A stretch of 64,000 nucleotides of DNA from Eledone cirrhosa. Its lineage: Eukaryota. A program made the translations under genes and the position numbers. Shown here in pieces: positions 58,323-64,000 of this stretch. Where the stretch lies: assembly GCA_964016885.1 (NCBI GenBank), contig OZ024741.1, positions 362,762,001-362,826,000 on the forward strand, written 5' to 3'. Numbering within the stretch: position 1 is the stretch's first letter; every line of letters starts with the position of its first letter. A model generated the notes under the pieces. That model did no database searches and had not been told where the DNA came from. It was given only the letters and a program-made list of their open reading frames with translations.

Positions 58323-59334
58323 AAAATAATAGTGAGGTACAGTGTAAAAAAATATTTTAGTATTTTAACACCTCCAATTATATATATTTATATACAAATA
58401 TATAACCTTGTGTTGTAAGAAGCATCCAGCTGTAAAACATTATCTCATAATGTCCAACACGTGCCAGCATGGAACAGTTGATGTAATAATGATAAGGATG
58501 ATTGTGCATATATATATGTACATTTTCTTAGTTAGCACAGCCACCACATAAAATCAGCTTTTGGTTCCTGTATAATACAATATAACACCAGTATCTTCAT
58601 ATTTTATTGAAATGTTTGGGTTTAATACTTTAAATAAATCAAGTACTTTTTTTTAAGGATTTGTTTGTAGTAGGTTGGTTTGGTCCTGTTGTCCCCCATC
58701 ATTGTCAACATTGGCTTCTCAAACTAGGAAAGGCACCATCCTCCTCACTCATTTCAAATGGTTTACCTTTTGGTCTAATTTGGTCTGCATGAATTGGAAT
58801 CCCATTCCTTATAATTATAGTAGTCTTGTTTCCACTTTGTATCACCAAGTTTGCATATCCAGTGTTGAATATTTAAAAAAATATATAATCTGGTAACCAA
58901 ATGGAGGCAATAGGGTAGAAAGGACTCGTTTGTCTTGCTAAGTATAACTAATATATGGTTCTCTGACTCGTGTAATCTCGGACCATAGCAAACCTTCCAA
59001 CTATACAGTTGTTGGAGATTTACCGTTGTCAGGATTTTGTTTGTTTCACACTGGGATGTTAAATGTATCATTGATAGTTGGTTTACTCTATCTTAACTCA
59101 TTCGTTACCATGTTTATGATTTTCAAATAATTTTGAAAATAATAAAAAATTTGGAGGGATTTAATAATATAACTAACCTTCTCATTATTAAGCTTATCTT
59201 TGGAACATAACATAGGTTCTTACATAAAATTATGATGGAAGATTTAGATAAATATAAAAGACTTTGAAATAAAATTTTGTATCATAGAATCATTAAGACC
59301 TTTCTCTACTTTATTTATACAAGAAAATGGCTAA

Positions 59335-60277
59335 TCTATATAAATAAATGGCAATTTCTGCCTGTTTGTTTGTGAACCTAAAACTCAAAAACTACCAAAT
59401 CGATTTTGATGCAACTTGACACGTGTGTGGGGCTCATGCCCCTTTTATTTCTTACGTATATTTCATTTTAAAGAGTTCCCCAGGGGCTGAAAACCCCCAC
59501 TGAAAATTTTTCCCCTTCGATTTATATGAAATTTAAACCATAGGTAAATGACAAGATATGATGCCCATTCACAAAATTTCAGTAAATTTCAATAATATTA
59601 AGACACTCTAATGGGGGTTAAACCCCCTATAGTGAACATTTTGGCCAATAAATGGAACATAATTTCATGAACTCCTATGGTTTTGGAGATAGACCCTCAT
59701 AACCATATACATTTTGAAATTACATTGCCCAGGGTACTTGGATAAGTATATTTCATTTTAATCAAAGGGTTCCCGGGGGCTGAAAACCCCTGCTGAAAAT
59801 TTTTTCCCTTTGATTTATATGAAATTTAAACCATAGGTAAATGACAAGATATGATGCCTATTCACAAAATTTCAGCAAATTTCAGTAATATTAACACCCT
59901 AGTGGGAGCTTAACCCCCTATTAGGGTGCCCCGGAAGCACAAACCCCCGCCAAAAATGTTTTCCCTTCGATTTATATGAAATTTAAACCATAGGTAAATG
60001 ACAAGATATGATGTCTATTCACAAAAGTTTTGAATTGATATTTTGAAAAAAATTATTTACAAGAAACAAAATAAGAATAATATTATTGAAATGTAATTTT
60101 AATTTCATATATTACAAAAAATAATGTTTTCCAATTGTTCATGCATTAGATTTTACATTGAGTAATATTGAAATGCAGAGTTTTTCTCCATAAATTATAT
60201 CACTGATTTAAAATCAATCATCATTTTCTTACAAAAAAATGTGTAAAACGCAGCTAGGCGCGGGTAAATTCGGCTAG
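59335..60277 (+). mobile_element. Non-autonomous Helitron with three internal imperfect repeats
   Basis: A|TCTATATAAATAAA start, ...GGCTAG|T end, GC-rich subterminal stretch. Internal repeats at ~59457, ~59747 and ~59930. Confidence 0.75.
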
Positions 60278-60326
60278 TAATATATTATAATACAACAATA
60301 AATTAGAGCAACATAAGTATAAATAT

Positions 60327-60913
60327 CTGTGAAGTGGTTGCTGATAGGAAGGGCATCCAGTCATAGAAAGCTTGCCAAAGAAAGGGTTGAGAGGAGCTTT
60401 TAGTTCTGTCAAGGATATGACAAGCTCCCTAGTGCGGGAGATCTACACAATAAAAGCACTAAGTAGACGCTGTAAAGTGGTTGATATTAGAAAGGGTATC
60501 CAGCCATAGAAATCTTGCCTAACACGGGTTTGGGAAGACTTTTCAGTTTGCCTCAAAAGATATAAATTCTCCTGTGCGCTTGATAGAACATATGACTGTA
60601 TGTAGACCCCTTCGTGTATATATCTGAGAGGTCAGTAGCTCCGCTTCGGTACTAACTTGGTCTGTAGACCTGTCCAACCCTTGCTAGCAGGGAACATGAA
60701 CATTAACCCTTTAGCATTTAAACCAGCCATACCTGACCAGGATTCTCTCACCTCTTTCTGTTCAAACCAGCTGATGTTAAGGTATTGTTCTTAAAATGAA
60801 TACTATCAAAATCTTGTAGATTCGATATTATGCGAGATAAAGTGTTTACCATGAAAATACAATAGTAAATATAGAGTAATGTAATGCTAAAGGTTTAAAC
60901 GATAATGATGATG
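60327..60913 (+). mobile_element. Degenerate RTE-derived element (two ggaagggcatcc-type modules + RTE tail) interrupted by a MITE
   Basis: Motifs at ~60345 and ~60490. Tail gtccaacccttgctagcaggga...ttaa|acgataatgatgatg. Confidence 0.6.
60707..60894. mobile_element. piggyBac-like MITE (188 bp)
   Basis: TTAA duplication at 60703-60706 and 60895-60898. TIR ccctttagcatt / aatgctaaaggt (11 of 12 match). Confidence 0.7.
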
Positions 60914-61779
60914 AATATATGTAGTAAATTGGAATTTATTGAGAAAAATAAAATACAATTGAGTTTATAAAATTTGTTTGTTACTAATTGATTGTATCTT
61001 AAGTTTCACATACATCATAGTGTATGTATGTTGTAATCCATTATTTCAAAGAGTCAATATCTAACCACAGACATATTTTACACTTGGGAGATTATCAACT
61101 GTCATTTCACCCACCTTTTATAATAGGTTGTGAGCACATAGGTGCAAAGGACTCTCGTAATGTTACATAATTCTACTGTTAGTAATTAATATAACAATAT
61201 GACAATTATACAGTATCCTATACTACATTTACCACACAAAAAAAGAGCATATAGAAGAAATGTGAAAAAAGTTAGTAATCCGTAAAACAAAACCTATTAA
61301 TTAACGACAAAAAAATGACAAAAAGAAGCAAACATTGTTTATTGTTACGACTTAAACTAATCATTTAAATAGGCTGTCATGTTCTTTTTGGTCTGTTAGG
61401 ATTGTTAGTTACATTTGTATTAGAGTAATGAATTTGTATGTCATCCAAATTTATGTTATCATCCTTATCCTGTCTGCCGTGTATATCTTGTTCAGTATAG
61501 GTACACCATATCGTTGCATGCTGCATGAGGTGACTAAAAGGGTTGGTGCCAAGAAGAGCCATAAAACATTGCTTCAAAAAAGATTCCATGATAAGCAAAA
61601 AGCCTTTCATGGGATCCACAAGGCTAACTCATACTTTAGCAGGGAGACAGTCTTACGTCGTGTAATAATTTAGCAGAAAGTGTCTAAAAACAGGTTTGCT
61701 AATTCAAATGTTTATAGTATCTTTACTAGTGGACATATTGTTGTGAACTGAAGGTTTTAATTTTTAATGTGATACAGTC

Positions 61780-62140
61780 ATAATTGCTTTGTTGAATATA
61801 TCTCTGCTAGATGAAAGGCTGGAAATTATCCTACTTGTGTTTTTGATTAGATTTTTTAACATCATTGGGAGTGTCTGGCTTTTATGTAGGACAACCTGTT
61901 TTCTATAAGGTTAGTATTCGCTATTTTTTAGGTCTAGGGTTACATCTAGGAAATTTACTGTGATAATGTTAGTGGCTATAGTATTTATGCTGGAGAATTG
62001 GGTCTAAAAATTTGTATAATATCTTTTCTTAATCTGTCTTGTGTATGGCTGTTCATATTGCTGGCTATTGCTAGGGCATCATCTCTGTATAGACGAAAGT
62101 ATACAGATGGGTAAAGGTTGTCTAAAGTATTCAGTATCAC
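61780..62140 (-). pseudogene. Decayed Penelope-like element reverse transcriptase
   Basis: Manual translation: YFRLYRDDALAI...DRLRKDIIQIF, then after a frameshift TNIITVNFLDVTLDLKNSEY*PYRK. These are PLE-type RT core motifs. Confidence 0.75.
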
Positions 62141-62849
62141 ATGTTTGCTCTGTCAAATGATTCCATGCTAATTTCAAAAGATCCACTTGGATAGGTCTTG
62201 CTTTACCCATTCTGTGCATTCTTGTTGAAGAGCAGTGTTCTTCTCATGTGCATTGTATAAATATATATATATCATCATCATCATCATTTAGCATCTGTCT
62301 TCCTCACCAAACCCATCCAAACCCCTCCACTATCACTCCTTAGTTATTCTCACCATTAGAGGTTACACAATCCTGCTTGCTTATCACCATTAGATGCAAC
62401 AACACTTGTCTATACTGTGACAACATACTTATCGTCCGTCTTTTTTCACCCCATTGGGTAGGGAGGGCTCTACATTTGAGACAATGATCAACAACCCCTC
62501 TAGTCCTGATGTCATGAAAAATACACCCAGTAAGGTAGTTGGCAAAAGGAAATGTATCTTGCTGTAAAAACCATGCCAAAATGGTTGAGAGGACTCTTCA
62601 GTTGTATCACGAATGGAATAGCAACAACCCCACAATCTTGTGACTGAGGGCAAAAATATTATGACATATGTTAGAGAGAAGGAAAGAAAAATAGCATGGC
62701 TCATAAGAAAGGACACACAAACAGATAAGTGTAGAGATGCAAATGAATTATACAAAGACCTAGGTAAATAAAAACACATGAAAGCTAGTGGAAAATTTAC
62801 CTGAACATATATAAATACACCACAATCACAGATAATAATATTTATAATA

Positions 62850-63032
62850 ATTGTTTCTACTTTTGGCACAAGGTCAGCAATAATCCCAGTGTATTACTGG
62901 GACTTTATTTTATCGACCCCGTAAGGATGAAAGGCAAAGTTAACCTCGGCTGGATTTGAACTCAGACCATAAAGGGCTGTAACTCTTTGCTGCAAAGCAT
63001 GGCATCCGACCTTCTACCGATACTTCCAATCC
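62850..63032 (-). mobile_element. tRNA-derived SINE, same family as 46081-46272
   Basis: Reverse complement contains gagttcaaatcc...gcctttcatccttacggggtcgataaaataaag...gtgccaaaagtagaaacaatt. Confidence 0.75.
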
Positions 63033-63564
63033 ACCAAACATGCACATGCCAAACAAAGAAACTTGTGGAAGTAGCAATACACAGATACATGCGCATGGAA
63101 ATACATGTGTACACACCACATACACATCACAAAGAGAGAAAATTGTGGAAATAGAACAAAGAGAAGATGCAGAGGAACAGGGGGGGGGGGGTGTGCTGGA
63201 AGGCTCTTTACTATGGTAAGTTTTATAAGCAATATTTGTATGTCTTTGAGACAGCCAGTGTGAATGCATTTGAATGAGCATGCAGACAGCATAACTATGG
63301 TCTGACCACAGCTGTGAGCAGGCGTGTCTATACATTAACTGGCAATTGAGATCATAAAAATGGAAAAGCCCACAGTCAACTGGGTCAAAGACACTTTGAG
63401 AGCAGCCAGTTAGAATCTGTCCTTCACCGATAACAATGTATTTCATGTCTGAAATTATTGACTCAATTGTAACGAGTTAACACTATGTAGATCTATTTTA
63501 TTCCCTATTGTATAAATAATATTACAAATAAAAAAAAAAGAAAAGAAAAAACACAGAAGCGAGT

Positions 63565-64000
63565 AGCACACACATGTAGGACCACATACAACACATAATC
63601 AGATAATACACACATCTAGGACCACATACAACACAAGCAGGTAATACACACATCTAGGACCACATGCAACACATGAGGTAGCACACACATCTAGGACCAC
63701 ATACAACACACAGGCAGGTAATACATACATCTAGGACCACATACAATACATAAGCAGGTAATACAAACATCTAGGACCACATACAACACATAATCAAGTA
63801 ATACAAACATCTAGGACCACATACAACACATAATCAGGTAATACATACATCTAGGACCACATACAACACATAATCAGGTAATACATACATCTAGGACCAC
63901 ATACAACACATAATCAAGTAATACAAACATCTAGGACCACATACAACACATAATCAGGTAATACAAACATCTAGGACCACCTACAACACATAATCAGGTA
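63565..64000. repeat. 40-bp minisatellite (taatacaaacatctaggaccacatacaacacataatcagg), runs off the window end
   Basis: About 11 copies visible. Confidence 0.95.

Noticed and set aside
58675-63446. Short ORFs as possible host exons
   Set aside because: No recognisable domains or convincing splice structure. Several overlap repeats.

Overview
Repeat-saturated eukaryotic (animal) DNA with no recognisable host gene. The (TA)n/(TATG)n microsatellites and SINE types suggest a cephalopod such as Octopus, but this is inference. Well over half the window is microsatellite, which produces the spurious IY/MY-repeat ORFs. Islands within it include a near-intact CR1-like LINE, several 5'-truncated RTE LINEs with a PHD-like finger inside the RT, RTE-derived non-autonomous elements, tRNA-derived SINEs, a non-autonomous Helitron, a piggyBac-like MITE, a decayed Penelope-like RT, minisatellites and a 200-N gap. 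The most notable signal is three unrelated families of non-coding, highly self-complementary repeats, each carrying a minimal type I hammerhead ribozyme: a 467-bp tandem array, a 310-bp tandem-plus-inverted array, and an inverted family with covarying stem II. These are retrozyme/Penelope-like self-cleaving RNA elements. The CR1-like LINE also has a Myb/SANT-like plus CCCH ORF1 and a U-UUU-UUA slippery site that would fuse ORF1 to an ATG-less ORF2 by -1 frameshifting. All calls were made by eye, with no searches run.
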